A stretch of DNA of 64,000 nucleotides from a virus (lineage: Duplodnaviria; Heunggongvirae; Uroviricota; Caudoviricetes), in the IMG/VR virus record IMGVR_UViG_2925891887_000001. The stretch is one strand, 5' to 3'. The notes below the pieces were generated by a model. It was not told the origin of the DNA and made no database searches. It saw nothing but the letters and a program-made list of their open reading frames with translations. The number at the start of each line of letters is the position of its first letter. The stretch's first letter is position 1. The translations under genes and the position numbers were made by a program. This document shows, piece after piece, positions 1-10,907 of the stretch.

Positions 1-983
1 GTAATTTTAAGACCAAAGCAGAAGAGGTTGGTACTAAAGTGGGATCACCATGCTCTACTTGTGGCAAAGCCTACTGCGAAGAAGATCTATCAACGGTGAA
101 GGAGAATTTCATTGAACAAGCACGTCAGGAAATTGGTCAGGCGAAGACACTTGCAGAGGCAATGGCTAAACACAAAACGAATCTTGAGAAAGCGTTAAGC
201 ATTGAGTCTGCCCTTGTTAAAACGACACCTGATGTAACGGCTATCATTGCCCGGATTGAAGAGCTTACGAAACAACTCTCATCTTTGCGTCATCGTGAGA
301 AGGAGGTTGTCGCTATTGAGTCTCTTGTGACTCGTGCTCGTACTGAGGTCGATCGTATATCAAAAGAGATAAATCCGTTTATTGCTCTTATCGCCAGACA
401 CGAAGATAACCTGGTATCCAGTAAGTCTACCTTCAAGTCCTTAAAAGATGAGTTGAAGGCTATTCAGGAACAAACGTTGCTATTGGAAAAAGCTCGTCAG
501 GTCTACTCTCCTGCCGGGGTGCGTTCTCATATTTTGACGTCTGTTACGCCTTTCCTGAATACACGCACTGCCGAGTATCTCAATACGTTGTCTGACGGGA
601 ATATTACTGCTGAGTGGTCGACGATGGATGTCACTAAAAAAGGTGAGTATCGCGACAAATTCAACATTAGTGTGCAGAAGAAAGGTTCAAGTAAGTCGTT
701 CCAGACCCTCTCTGGTGGTGAGAAGCGGAAGGTTCGCATTGCGTGTTCTTTGGCATTGCAGGATCTGGTTAGTAACCGGGCGAGTAAAAACATCGATTTG
801 TTTATCGGCGACGAAATTGACGATGCACTCGATACAGCCGGTCTTGAACGCCTCATGGGTATTCTGGAGTCCAAAGCTCGCGAGCGAGGTACTGTGCTGA
901 TTATCTCCCATAAAGAGATGAAGTCATGGTTCCGGGAAACTATTACGCTGGAAGTTAAAGAGGGGCGCAGCTATGTCGTTTAA
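1..983 (+). CDS. SbcC/Rad50-like recombination ATPase, C-terminal portion (5' end upstream of window)
   Basis: Frame open to position 1; zinc-hook CxxC (CSTCGKAYC), long coiled coil, ABC signature LSGGEKRKV, Walker B/D-loop LFIGDEIDDALD, H-loop ISH. Confidence 0.75.
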   Translation, partial: NFKTKAEEVGTKVGSPCSTCGKAYCEEDLSTVKENFIEQARQEIGQAKTLAEAMAKHKTNLEKALSIESALVKTTPDVTAIIARIEELTKQLSSLRHREKEVVAIESLVTRARTEVDRISKEINPFIALIARHEDNLVSSKSTFKSLKDELKAIQEQTLLLEKARQVYSPAGVRSHILTSVTPFLNTRTAEYLNTLSDGNITAEWSTMDVTKKGEYRDKFNISVQKKGSSKSFQTLSGGEKRKVRIACSLALQDLVSNRASKNIDLFIGDEIDDALDTAGLERLMGILESKARERGTVLIISHKEMKSWFRETITLEVKEGRSYVV

Positions 984-1731
984 ATTAAGCCGCTCGCAGT
1001 TTTTGCAGGTATTTGCAGTGATGCAGTCGATAAAACTGATCAATGGGCATACTTCCAATGGTGCGGCTCCACGTATTCTGTGGGGCAGCAACAATATTGA
1101 CGGAGTACAATTTGCCGCGTTGCTTGGTCTAATATCCGAGACGCCATTGATGCAAAGTTTGAAATCACTACCACCTGGATGTATTGCGCCGATCCTGATT
1201 AATCCTTTTGTTGAGGGGGGATATCTTCCCAACGTCGGGCCTGGGTTTATTGCATCCCATGAAACTGAAGATCTTAACATTAATAGCGAAGGGTTCTTTG
1301 GGGGAATGGGTGCGCATCACTGTATGGCTTTCACGAACCTTATTCGACTTGCCAATAAGCGGGTGGATAGTTTGGCATCGCCAGGTGATGCTTTTACTGG
1401 TTTCCTTATCCAAAGGAGAGATAAAAAGTACAGTGCGGACAAACTACAGTTTGTTGGTAAGTATGGAGAAATGGTAGAAATCGAACTTCAGCTCCCTCAT
1501 GTTTTAGCAAACGATAGTGCAGACAGTCGGAGGCTGTTGGGCATCATGCGTCATTTCATAGCAAGTGGTGTTAAACATGCCGCAGATAAACATGCCGCAG
1601 ATAAACGTGTCACGCAGGAAAATGAGTATTCAGACTTTGCAAACTCTCCCCAACCAACGTTGCAAACGGCAATAGTAACCAATTCGTTGGAGGCGAGATT
1701 ATTGGAAAACCCTATATGGGGAACATGGTAA
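973..1731 (+). CDS. hypothetical protein (252 aa)
   Basis: ORF start overlaps end of upstream gene; no motif recognised. Confidence 0.45.
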   Translation: MSFKLSRSQFLQVFAVMQSIKLINGHTSNGAAPRILWGSNNIDGVQFAALLGLISETPLMQSLKSLPPGCIAPILINPFVEGGYLPNVGPGFIASHETEDLNINSEGFFGGMGAHHCMAFTNLIRLANKRVDSLASPGDAFTGFLIQRRDKKYSADKLQFVGKYGEMVEIELQLPHVLANDSADSRRLLGIMRHFIASGVKHAADKHAADKRVTQENEYSDFANSPQPTLQTAIVTNSLEARLLENPIWGTW

Positions 1732-1740
1732 GGAGACTAT

Positions 1741-2310
1741 ATGAGTAAAAAAATCAGCGTAGTTGGTGTTGATCCCTCTATGAGCAACTTTGGGCTTGCT
1801 GTGGGCACTTTAGACCTTGAAACGGACGAACTTGAGATTCACGGCCTTACTCTTGTTGAGACTAAGGCGGGGAGTGACAAAAAGACCGTTCGTGTGAACA
1901 GTGACGATCTGCGTCGTGCCAGTGAAATATGGCGTGTTGCGAAGCCAATCATTGATAAGGCAAATATGGTTTTTTGTGAGCTACCGGTTGGGAGCCAAAG
2001 CTCTCGTTCGCAGACGTCTTACGGTATTTGTATCGGTGTACTTGCGTGTGTGGATAAGCCATTGATCCAGGTTACTCCAAACGAAATTAAGCATTTTGTC
2101 GGCAATAAACTTACTACATCGAAAGAAGAGATTATCCAGTGGGCTACGAAAAAACACCCTAAAGCACCGTGGCTGCGTCGTAAGCAATCTGGACAGGATG
2201 TTCTCGTGAACAAAAACGAACATTTGGCTGATGCGGTGGCTGCCATCCATACCGGTATGCAAACAGATCAGTTCCGCCAGGTGCGCGATGTTCTTAAGTC
2301 TCTCATTTGA
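1741..2310 (+). CDS. putative RuvC-like Holliday junction resolvase
   Basis: SD AAGGAG upstream; N-terminal VVGVDPS acidic motif, later CELPV and DAVAAIH, resembling RuvC/A22-type resolvases. Confidence 0.45.
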   Translation: MSKKISVVGVDPSMSNFGLAVGTLDLETDELEIHGLTLVETKAGSDKKTVRVNSDDLRRASEIWRVAKPIIDKANMVFCELPVGSQSSRSQTSYGICIGVLACVDKPLIQVTPNEIKHFVGNKLTTSKEEIIQWATKKHPKAPWLRRKQSGQDVLVNKNEHLADAVAAIHTGMQTDQFRQVRDVLKSLI

Positions 2311-2344
2311 TTTCATTGATAGGTAAGTACTTATCTATTAACAT

Positions 2345-2377
2345 GGGCCACTATATTTAGTGGCCCTCTTTATTTGG
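2345..2377 (+). terminator. intrinsic terminator-like hairpin
   Basis: gggccactatatttagtggccc stem-loop followed by tctttattt. Confidence 0.5.
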
Positions 2378-2383
2378 TGATAC

Positions 2384-4699
2384 ATGATAAGCATCGTAAA
2401 ACGTAACGGCCAAACAGAGCCGTTATCCGAAGAAAAATACAACCGCGTCGTAATGTATGGCGTAGAAGGCATTCGTGGTGTAAGCGCATCCGCTGTAGCA
2501 ATGGGAGCTGCGGCCAGCATTTTTGATGGGATGACCACCAGCCAGTTGCATGAGGCTTTGGTTAAATCTGCCGCTGATTTGATCTCACCAGAAGCACCAA
2601 ATTACTCACAGGTGGCTGCCCGCCTGAACATTTTTAAAATCCGCAAAGATGCCTTCGGTCGTTACGACTATCCGAACTTCTACCAACACATTGTCAAGAA
2701 CGTTAACAAGGGCGTTTATGACAAGGATTTGCTGACACATTATTCGTTTGAAGAGATCGAAGAACTCGGCAATTACATTAAGCCTAAACGTGACGATCTT
2801 TTTGGCTATGCAGCTACGGTGCAGTTGCAAAGCAAATACCTCGTTCAAAACCGTGTTACTGGTGAGATTCATGAGGGGCCGCAACATATCTATATGCTGG
2901 TAGGCATGTGTCTGTTCCAGAATTGGGAAGACGACTGCGCTGGCAAAACACGTATGGAGATGGTCAAAGGTTTCTATGACGTTACAAGTACGTTCAAACT
3001 GTCTCTGCCCACACCAATCATGGCCGGCGTCCGTACTCCAACCCGTCAGTTCTCCAGTTGTGTGCTGATTGAGTCTGGCGATAGTCTGAAAGGGATTAGT
3101 GCAGCTTCAGCCGCAATTATCGACTACGTTTCACGTCGTGCTGGAATTGGTATTGGTTTTGGCCGTATCCGTGCGCTGGGCAGCGAGATCCGCAATGGTG
3201 AAGCCACCCATACCGGAGTTATTCCATTCCTGAAGCATTTCCAGACGGCTGTTAAATCTTGTTCGCAAGGTGGTGTTCGTGGTGGCGCAGCAACAGCGTT
3301 TTACCCGATCTGGCATCTTGAAGTTGAAAGTCTGCTGGTGGTGAAAAATAACCGTGGTATTGATGAAAACCGCGTTCGCCATCTTGATTACGGCGTCATG
3401 AGTAACCGTCTAATGTACCGTCGACTCGTCAGAAGCGAGAACATCACTCTGTTCAGCCCGCATGATGTGCCTGATATGTACGAAGCCTTCTTCACAGACC
3501 AGGAGCTGTTTGAAAAGCTGTACCATAAATACGAAGCCGATGATTCAATTCGCAAGAAGTCAGTACCTGCCATTGAGCTGTTCTCATCTCTGATGCAGGA
3601 ACGAGCGTCCACGGGCCGAATTTATATTGCGAACGTCGATCATATTAATGAGCATGGCGCTTTCATTCCTGCTCTTGCACCTGTCCGCCAGTCAAACCTG
3701 TGTATGGAGATCACCCTACCCACCCGTCCACTGGCATTTACCGACGACCCGAACGGTGAGATCGCGCTATGCACTTTATCCGCTTTTAACCTCGGAGCCA
3801 TCCGTTCACTGGAGTCTCTTAAAGAGGTGGCGTTCTATGCCGTTGCTGCACTGGATTCGTTACTGGATTATCAAGACTATCCGATGGAGGCAGCCGAAGT
3901 GCCTGCCAAAGCTCGTCGTAGCTTGGGAATTGGTGTAACCAACTTTGCTTATTACCTGGCAAAGAATGGCGTTCGTTATTCTGATACCGCTGGCAATAAA
4001 CTGGTGCATGAAACATTCGAAGCTATCCAGTATTACCTTCTTGATGCCAGCTGCCGACTTGCTGAAGCAAAAGGTGAGTGTGACTGGTTTGAGCAGACCA
4101 AGTACGCAATTGGTCAGTTGCCGATCGACCATTACCGTTCTTCATTAGACGAAAGTGGCGAAACCAACTTTGAGTTAAAGATGCCGTGGGAAGAACTGCG
4201 TGAACGTATTGCAAAATACGGCCTTCGCAACTCCACACTGACGGCACAAATGCCATGCGAGACTTCCAGCCAGATCACTAATTCCACCAACGGCATCGAA
4301 CCGCCTCGTGGCCCGGTGTCGGTGAAATCTTCTAAGGACGGCATCGTTAAGATGGTCGTGCCTGAGTTTGAAAAACTGAAGGAACAGTATGAATACCTGT
4401 GGGATATGCCGGACAACCGCGGCTATCTGACAAAGGTGGCGATCATCCAGAAGTTCTTTGACCAGGCTATTTCAGCCAATACCAACTATGACCCTTCTCG
4501 CTTTGAAGGCGATAAAGTCCCAATGATGACGCTACTGTCAGATTTGCTTCTCGCCTACAAGATGGGAGTTAAAACGCTTTACTACCACAACACCAGAGAT
4601 GGGGCAGGAAAGCGTGATGACGACGAACCGCAAAATCCACTGACGCAAGCTGTAGCCGTCGAGCCAGAAGATGAGTGCGACGGAGCCTGCAAAATCTGA
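2384..4699 (+). CDS. nrdA: ribonucleoside-diphosphate reductase alpha subunit (class Ia, with ATP-cone)
   Basis: 771 aa; near-colinear with E. coli NrdA as I recall it (PTPIMAGVRTPTRQFSSCVLIE, NLCMEI, C-terminal CDGACKI). Confidence 0.93.
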   Translation: MISIVKRNGQTEPLSEEKYNRVVMYGVEGIRGVSASAVAMGAAASIFDGMTTSQLHEALVKSAADLISPEAPNYSQVAARLNIFKIRKDAFGRYDYPNFYQHIVKNVNKGVYDKDLLTHYSFEEIEELGNYIKPKRDDLFGYAATVQLQSKYLVQNRVTGEIHEGPQHIYMLVGMCLFQNWEDDCAGKTRMEMVKGFYDVTSTFKLSLPTPIMAGVRTPTRQFSSCVLIESGDSLKGISAASAAIIDYVSRRAGIGIGFGRIRALGSEIRNGEATHTGVIPFLKHFQTAVKSCSQGGVRGGAATAFYPIWHLEVESLLVVKNNRGIDENRVRHLDYGVMSNRLMYRRLVRSENITLFSPHDVPDMYEAFFTDQELFEKLYHKYEADDSIRKKSVPAIELFSSLMQERASTGRIYIANVDHINEHGAFIPALAPVRQSNLCMEITLPTRPLAFTDDPNGEIALCTLSAFNLGAIRSLESLKEVAFYAVAALDSLLDYQDYPMEAAEVPAKARRSLGIGVTNFAYYLAKNGVRYSDTAGNKLVHETFEAIQYYLLDASCRLAEAKGECDWFEQTKYAIGQLPIDHYRSSLDESGETNFELKMPWEELRERIAKYGLRNSTLTAQMPCETSSQITNSTNGIEPPRGPVSVKSSKDGIVKMVVPEFEKLKEQYEYLWDMPDNRGYLTKVAIIQKFFDQAISANTNYDPSRFEGDKVPMMTLLSDLLLAYKMGVKTLYYHNTRDGAGKRDDDEPQNPLTQAVAVEPEDECDGACKI

Positions 4700-4804
4700 C
4701 ATATGGTGGGGTGTATCCCCACCTTCTCTTTGATTTGTAAGCCTTGTTTAAACAAATAAGATAACAACTTGTTTAAACACATCAAAAAGCAAAAGGAAAA
4801 ACAC

Positions 4805-5947
4805 ATGTCATATTCAACGTTCCGTTTGGGTGCTAATGATGCAACCAAAGAGCCTATGTTCCTCGGACAATCTGTCAACGTGGCACGTTACGATCAGCAA
4901 AAATACCGTGATTTTGAAAAGTTGATTGAACGTCAATTGTCTTTCTTCTGGCGGCCGGAAGAAGTTGATATTTCGAGCGATCGTATCGACTTCAACACGA
5001 AGCTGCGGGACCACGAACGTCACATTTTTCTGAGCAATCTCCGTTATCAAACGTTACTCGATTCAGTTCAGGGACGTAGCCCAAATGCAACGCTGCTGCC
5101 GCTTATCTCTATTCCTGAACTGGAAACGTGGGTTGAAACATGGTCTTTCTCTGAGACTATCCATAGCCGCAGCTACACCCACATTATTCGTGGCATGGTG
5201 GACGATCCGAGCATTGTTTTTGACGGTATTGTTACGGATGAAGAAATCATCAACCGAGCGATCAGTATCTCTGCTGAATATGACAGGCTTTATGGGATGA
5301 CCTGCGAGCGCCAGTCGTTAGGTGAGAAAGAGTTTGAACGTCTGTACGTAAATGAATATGGCTGGGAGCCATACCCTTTGCATCGTCAGCTTTTCCGCAC
5401 GTTGGTGTCCATTAATGCGCTTGAGGCGATCCGTTTCTACGTAAGTTTTGCATGTACGTTTGCCTTTGGTGAACGGAAGTTGCTTGAGGGTAACACCAAA
5501 ATTATGCGCTTTATTGCCCGTGATGAAGCTCTGCATTGCGAAGGAACTGAACGCATGATCCGCTTCATGCGTACCGGTCGCGAAGGTTTATTGTGGAAAG
5601 AGATTGCTGCTGATGAAGAAAACGTCATTTACGACACCATGAAATCAGTCGCCGAACAAGAAATGAACTGGGCAGACTATCTCTTCAAAGACGGTTCGAT
5701 GATTGGTTTAAACGCGGATATTCTCAAAACCTATGTAAAATACCGCACCAATCTGGCTATGAATCGTCTTGGCCTGAAGGCTTTATTTCCAGAAGTTACC
5801 ACTGATCCGCTGGTCTGGATGAACAAGTGGTTGTTAACCGACACACTGCAAATTGCACCACAAGAGGCAGAGCAAAGCACATATCTGGTAGGTCAGATAG
5901 ATTCTACCGTGGATAAGGCTTCTCTAAGCCAGTTTGCAGACCTGTAA
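4805..5947 (+). CDS. nrdB: ribonucleoside-diphosphate reductase beta subunit
   Basis: Start moved to internal ATG (MSYSTF...) preceded by AAAAGGAAAAACAC leader; colinear with E. coli NrdB ([29 protein letters not shown], di-iron ligands). Confidence 0.93.
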   Translation: MSYSTFRLGANDATKEPMFLGQSVNVARYDQQKYRDFEKLIERQLSFFWRPEEVDISSDRIDFNTKLRDHERHIFLSNLRYQTLLDSVQGRSPNATLLPLISIPELETWVETWSFSETIHSRSYTHIIRGMVDDPSIVFDGIVTDEEIINRAISISAEYDRLYGMTCERQSLGEKEFERLYVNEYGWEPYPLHRQLFRTLVSINALEAIRFYVSFACTFAFGERKLLEGNTKIMRFIARDEALHCEGTERMIRFMRTGREGLLWKEIAADEENVIYDTMKSVAEQEMNWADYLFKDGSMIGLNADILKTYVKYRTNLAMNRLGLKALFPEVTTDPLVWMNKWLLTDTLQIAPQEAEQSTYLVGQIDSTVDKASLSQFADL

Positions 5948-6024
5948 ACCGATACAAAGCATTATGTGGCCTGGCAACGCTGGGCCACAATGGATCACAA
6001 GAATTAAGAAGGAACAAAACTAGC

Positions 6025-6894
6025 ATGAACTTTACCAAACTGACTGACCACCTGAAACTTGCCACCGATCGACTCATTGGATTTAAGCCAGAACCATATG
6101 AGTTGCATGAAGGCCATGGTGTAGCCACTGAAAGTATTTACAAGATGGTCGATCAGTTTCATGAACTCTTCCAGCATCCGAGACGCGTTATGCCGACACC
6201 AGCGCTGCTTCGTCTCCGTGCAAGCCTGATTCATGAAGAAGCTGTAGTGGAAGGTATTCCAGCCGCAATGAATGGGGATATTGAGCAACTGCTGGATGCA
6301 ATGGCCGACTTTTTATACGTTGGTGTTGGTACGATGGTCGCCATCAAAGGTGGTATTTCTACCGGCATGACCTATTACACGCAGGAACAGAGCATTGATC
6401 GCTTTATGCAGACAATTTTTGTGCCTGGTAACACTGTTTTCGATGATATGGCAATGCCATTTCAGGAAGCTCGTGAGGCGTCATGTATGCTCGAAGAGCT
6501 GGCAGATAAACTTGAGAACAAGACTGTTAAGGATTCTGAGCTGATTCAGGAACTGCGCCGTGTAATGAACAAAATCTATGTGGCGTGCATGATGACCTAT
6601 CGACTGGCTGATTTCCTCGGTATCAATGTTGTCGAGCTGGTTGGCGAAATTCATCGGTCCAACATGACAAAATTATGGCCTGCAGATGCCGAAGAGCGTC
6701 GCCATGCTGTGGCCAACTGCAAATACGACTCTTCTGACCTGGGATTTCGCCATGCTGATGGCACCGATAAGATGATCGGTTTTCGAATTTCCGATGGAAA
6801 GATTCTGAAGTCTCCAACCTATAGTGATGTCGATTTATCCTCCTTTGTTGAGCAAGCTAAAGCCTCAGCAATGTACGGAATGATCAAAAAATAA
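6025..6894 (+). CDS. putative MazG-like nucleoside triphosphate pyrophosphohydrolase (tandem domains)
   Basis: SD AAGGAAC; two acidic helical segments resembling MazG/HisE EExxE motifs; tentative. Confidence 0.35.
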   Translation: MNFTKLTDHLKLATDRLIGFKPEPYELHEGHGVATESIYKMVDQFHELFQHPRRVMPTPALLRLRASLIHEEAVVEGIPAAMNGDIEQLLDAMADFLYVGVGTMVAIKGGISTGMTYYTQEQSIDRFMQTIFVPGNTVFDDMAMPFQEAREASCMLEELADKLENKTVKDSELIQELRRVMNKIYVACMMTYRLADFLGINVVELVGEIHRSNMTKLWPADAEERRHAVANCKYDSSDLGFRHADGTDKMIGFRISDGKILKSPTYSDVDLSSFVEQAKASAMYGMIKK

Positions 6895-7065
6895 TTGTAG
6901 GTAGTTATCTATCTGTGTATATTGCATTTGCGCGTTAAATTTCTGAAACAACTATTCGTTTTTGGTGGCCTATGGCCACCATTTTTTTATCTATCTGGTC
7001 TTGTTCTCTCAATAAATGTAAACTCACACAATGAATAAGTGGTTACTTATCTTTGTGAGGTTTTT

Positions 7066-8169
7066 GTGTCACTCCTTTTGAATCGTGAGCATACGAACGG
7101 TCAGGTAACAAACGCATCGTATGCAAAAGTTATTGAGACGGTGCTTAAAAGCGGCGTGCAGGCTGATGATCGCACAGGCACTGGTACTTTAAGCACCTGC
7201 TACGTTCCCTCTTACTACATGCTTACTGGTGGGACTGTGCCGCTTATTTCTGGAAAGGCGGTAAATCTTAAGCCACTACTTGTCGAACTTGAGTGGTATC
7301 TGAAAGGCACGGGCAACATCCAATTTCTCAAGGATAACGGCGTTAAGATTTGGGATGCATGGGCCGATGAGAATGGCGATTTGGGGCCGGTTTACGGTAA
7401 GCAGTGGCGTCGATGGGAAGATACCCGCATCGTGAGCCATAGTGAATATCTGAGCAAGATCGATACTTTCCGTGAACGCGGGTACAAAGTCGAGGGATAC
7501 CTGGGTATCAGTGAAGATCGCGTAGTGCTGTCCCGTGAAATCGATCAGCTACAGCGTATTGTCGATACACTGCGCACGAATCCTACCGATCGTCGCATCA
7601 TGCTTAACGCATGGAACGTAGGCGAGCTTGAGGATATGAAACTGCCACCTTGCCACTTTGTCTTCTCTTTGTGGAGTCGTGAGCTTGATTTTGAAACCCG
7701 TTTAACGATGGCAACTGACATTGGTCTTCAACACAGTCGCCTCGGTTATGAGTCTATCTACACCAAGATGCTATACGATCTGGAGATGGACGGCAGTGTT
7801 ACTGAAACTGAACTGGATGAACTTGGAATCCCCAAACGCATCCTCAACTCCTGCCTCGTACAGCGTAGCGTAGACACTTTTGTTGGTATGCCATTCAATA
7901 TTGCTGGCTATGGCATTCTCACTCATTTTCTCGCGAAGATTACGGGTCACATGGCCGGTGCATTTGTGCATTTTGGCTTTGACGTGCATTTGTACAACAA
8001 CCACATGGAAGGTGTGTGTGAGCTAATGCAACGACAGGCTCCAGAGCATTCAGATCCGGTCGTTATATTCCCTAATGAATGGTCTGAGCTGGATGATTTC
8101 AAATGGGACGAGATTCTTATTCTTGGCTATGCCCCTCTACCGTGGATCAAGGTTCCAGTGGCGGTGTGA
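7066..8169 (+). CDS. thyA: thymidylate synthase (with lineage-specific insertion)
   Basis: DRTGTGT, GDLGPVYGKQWR, catalytic LPPCH, QRSVD, MPFNIAGYG; GTG start with GAGG 6 nt upstream chosen (ORF track opens at 7039). Confidence 0.85.
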   Translation: MSLLLNREHTNGQVTNASYAKVIETVLKSGVQADDRTGTGTLSTCYVPSYYMLTGGTVPLISGKAVNLKPLLVELEWYLKGTGNIQFLKDNGVKIWDAWADENGDLGPVYGKQWRRWEDTRIVSHSEYLSKIDTFRERGYKVEGYLGISEDRVVLSREIDQLQRIVDTLRTNPTDRRIMLNAWNVGELEDMKLPPCHFVFSLWSRELDFETRLTMATDIGLQHSRLGYESIYTKMLYDLEMDGSVTETELDELGIPKRILNSCLVQRSVDTFVGMPFNIAGYGILTHFLAKITGHMAGAFVHFGFDVHLYNNHMEGVCELMQRQAPEHSDPVVIFPNEWSELDDFKWDEILILGYAPLPWIKVPVAV

Positions 8170-8170
8170 T

Positions 8171-8584
8171 ATGGCAAGAGGTATGTATGTCTTATGCGAA
8201 ATTGAAGGTGTGCTGGCAAATACCAGCCATCGTAAATCTGTATCTGACTCGGATGCAGGCCAATTCATTGCCGGTGATGAACTCATTTTCCCCACCAGCC
8301 GTATGTTGCGTGGTTTTGCTCGCTCAGGGGCTGAAGTGGTGCTTATCAGTAGCCGCTCTGAAACTCTTGAAGCGCCCACTAAACGATGGCTGAAAGATTT
8401 TGGTGTTGATTACGACTGGCTTCACCTCGTACCGAATAGCACTAGTTATGAGAAGCATATTAAGCGCACATTAGCGGAGCATAAAGGCGATCTGCTTATC
8501 GCTGCGCTGGTGCACGATCCTCGACTCCGTGCCGCTTTAGCTGACTCTCATCATAGACCGGTCATCTATGAGGTGAGCAAATGA
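8171..8584 (+). CDS. hypothetical protein, possibly HAD-like hydrolase fold
   Basis: ATG overlapping thyA stop; hhhCEIEGVL (HAD motif I-like with Glu for Asp), VVLISS, GDLLIAALVHD; weak. Confidence 0.3.
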   Translation: MARGMYVLCEIEGVLANTSHRKSVSDSDAGQFIAGDELIFPTSRMLRGFARSGAEVVLISSRSETLEAPTKRWLKDFGVDYDWLHLVPNSTSYEKHIKRTLAEHKGDLLIAALVHDPRLRAALADSHHRPVIYEVSK

Positions 8585-9057
8585 AGATGATAGCTGCTGT
8601 TGGCCGTAACTATGAGATCGGCATAGCGAACGAACTGCCCTGGCGTTGTTCTACCGATCTGAAGCTATTTAAGAGACTCACCAAAAACGCCACTGTCGTT
8701 ATGGGGCGTAAAACGATGGAAAGTCTCAAACGCCCTCTTCCAGAGCGTCATAACCTCGTTTTGACGCGCTCTCATGGCTTTGTACCAAATGGATTCTACC
8801 CTGCTGGTGTGGATGATGTGTTGCGATTACCAGAGCCAGTGTGGGTGATTGGCGGGGAACAAATTTACTCGCTATTCATGCCGCATGTTGAAGAGATTTG
8901 GCTCTCCCACATCGGCGTTGATGTGCCAAACGCCGATGCATTCTTCCCGGCAAGCATGATGCGTAATTTAGGCTTTGTGCCTGTTGAAACAGCTTATACC
9001 CAACGAGCCAGCGAGGAAGAGCCTGGCTTTTCGCAGATCGTATACAGAAGGTCGTAA
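8581..9057 (+). CDS. folA: dihydrofolate reductase
   Basis: 158 aa; MIAAVGRNxxIG, LPW, VVMGRKTxESLxRPLPxR, VIGGxQIY motifs as in E. coli FolA. Confidence 0.85.
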   Translation: MKMIAAVGRNYEIGIANELPWRCSTDLKLFKRLTKNATVVMGRKTMESLKRPLPERHNLVLTRSHGFVPNGFYPAGVDDVLRLPEPVWVIGGEQIYSLFMPHVEEIWLSHIGVDVPNADAFFPASMMRNLGFVPVETAYTQRASEEEPGFSQIVYRRS

Positions 9058-9701
9058 TGGATTACCGGATTGGGATCACTGGTGCTCAGGGCAGTGGGAA
9101 AACAACCCTGGCTAAATATATCGACAAACATTACGGAATCCCTTACGTGGATGCTGGTGTCGGAAGTTTGATGAGCCGCCTCGGTGTTCGAGTAGGTGAT
9201 TCTATGCCTCTATATGAGCGGCTTCAGATTCAAATGGAAATAGCAAAGCATATAGAGCTACTTACACGTGGTGTTGAAGGCTTTGTTATCGATCGCACAC
9301 CTGCTGATGTTATGGCCTACACGTTGGATTTGGTCGGCCATACCAATGAAGATCGGTGTATTGAGTTAGCCCTCGATATCGAAAAGTTTTGCCACAAAAC
9401 TGCTATTTCAAACTTTAACGCCATTGCTGGCTTACGCCCGGGAGTCGCTCTCTCAGAGCGAGATTACTTGCGATCACAACGAGCATCATTAGACCGTCTG
9501 TATGTCGCTCGTATTGATGCGTTGATGTGCGGGGAACTGACAAAAATTCACCTGCATCCGCAAAGGGGAGATCTGCAAACCTTCGTCGTTTCCAACCGGT
9601 ATCGCACAGTTGAAGCAAGAGCCAGATCAGTGATGAGAATGCTAGATAACGCTGTAGAAAAGATAGAAAACCGGTTCTGTGGCCGAGTGACCGTTCATTA
9701 G
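9057..9701 (+). CDS. P-loop NTPase (putative nucleotide kinase)
   Basis: Walker A GAQGSGKTT near N-terminus; start overlaps folA stop (TAATG). Confidence 0.45.
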   Translation: MDYRIGITGAQGSGKTTLAKYIDKHYGIPYVDAGVGSLMSRLGVRVGDSMPLYERLQIQMEIAKHIELLTRGVEGFVIDRTPADVMAYTLDLVGHTNEDRCIELALDIEKFCHKTAISNFNAIAGLRPGVALSERDYLRSQRASLDRLYVARIDALMCGELTKIHLHPQRGDLQTFVVSNRYRTVEARARSVMRMLDNAVEKIENRFCGRVTVH

Positions 9702-9762
9702 AAATTGTTCGCCTCTTCGACATTGCGACAATAAAACTCTCAAAATGGGTTAAGGATAAAAA

Positions 9763-10182
9763 ATGTTTAGTGAAATGTTGCTTGAAGATGAACTGGATCG
9801 GAAAACAACAGAGGCTTTGATTCGTGTAGCGGACGAACATTCCCGGTCGCTTATGAGCGATCGAGAGGCTCGTCTGGCTATTCGTGCCATATTCGAAACT
9901 GCGCAGGGGCTTGTTGGTACACAAGTGGGTGAAGCCATTAACATCGCCATGTCTCAGTTCAGTGAAGGCAGTAAAAAGCCTCTGTTTCCTATGCATTTGA
10001 TGCTGGCTGGTGGCACGGTGCTTTATATCTCTGTTTGTCTGGATAGCAACCAAATCAATATTCTCAACACTGTGTCAGGTAAGTGGAAAGATCCGATTGT
10101 CTGTGAAACCAGTGAAGAAACTTTGAAAAAAGCGGCTCAATTTGTACGTAGCGCACTACTTAAGGGCGCTAAGAAGTTGTAA
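9763..10182 (+). CDS. hypothetical protein (139 aa)
   Basis: SD TAAGGA upstream of ATG. Confidence 0.45.
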   Translation: MFSEMLLEDELDRKTTEALIRVADEHSRSLMSDREARLAIRAIFETAQGLVGTQVGEAINIAMSQFSEGSKKPLFPMHLMLAGGTVLYISVCLDSNQINILNTVSGKWKDPIVCETSEETLKKAAQFVRSALLKGAKKL

Positions 10183-10191
10183 GGAGTTCTG

Positions 10192-10749
10192 ATGACAACG
10201 ATTGTTGCAGGCATCGATATCGAGTCTACGGGACTGGATTTCCTTGCTGGTCATAAAATTATTGAAATCGCAATTACCCGCTATGAACTGGAGACACAGA
10301 GACATATTGATAGTCTGGAGATGCGTTTTAACCCTCGCAGAAACATAGATCCGAAAGCTCAAGCCGTTCATGGCATTTCATTGGAACAGCTCGCAGCTGA
10401 ACCTTTGTTGTCAAATCATGCCAGCGAAATTGGCGCTTATATGGGGGCATGTAGTGTGTGGGTTGCTCATAACGGCGAAGCATTTGATATACCATTTATT
10501 CGACACGAGTTTTCAGGGTATGGAGTAAGACTGCCAGAAGTTCCTGTTATAGATACTATGTTATCGGGATTTTGGGCCACAGAAGACGGAAAACGTCCCC
10601 GCCTTGAAGAGTTGGCCTTCTCTCTTGGCTTTATATACGATCATGCCAAAGCACATAGTGCCTTATATGACACAAACTTAATGATGCAATGCTTCTTTAA
10701 GGCACGTAATAAGTACGGATTTTTTAAATTACCCTCTGAAATTGTGTAA
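10192..10749 (+). CDS. DnaQ-like (DEDDh) 3'-5' exonuclease
   Basis: Exo I GIDIESTGLD, Exo II HNGEAFDIPF, Exo III HSALYDT. Confidence 0.7.
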   Translation: MTTIVAGIDIESTGLDFLAGHKIIEIAITRYELETQRHIDSLEMRFNPRRNIDPKAQAVHGISLEQLAAEPLLSNHASEIGAYMGACSVWVAHNGEAFDIPFIRHEFSGYGVRLPEVPVIDTMLSGFWATEDGKRPRLEELAFSLGFIYDHAKAHSALYDTNLMMQCFFKARNKYGFFKLPSEIV

Positions 10750-10907
10750 AACAAAAGCCTACTTTAAAAAGTTTAAAGTAGGCTTTCTTTTAAAGAACAG
10801 TCGCCTTTCAATCATTTCCTGCCTGTATTTAATACTTTTCCGCCTGATAGGTTTAGTCAAAATGCAGCCATCGAAATGCAAATGTAACCAAACAGAAGGA
10901 GACTTAC

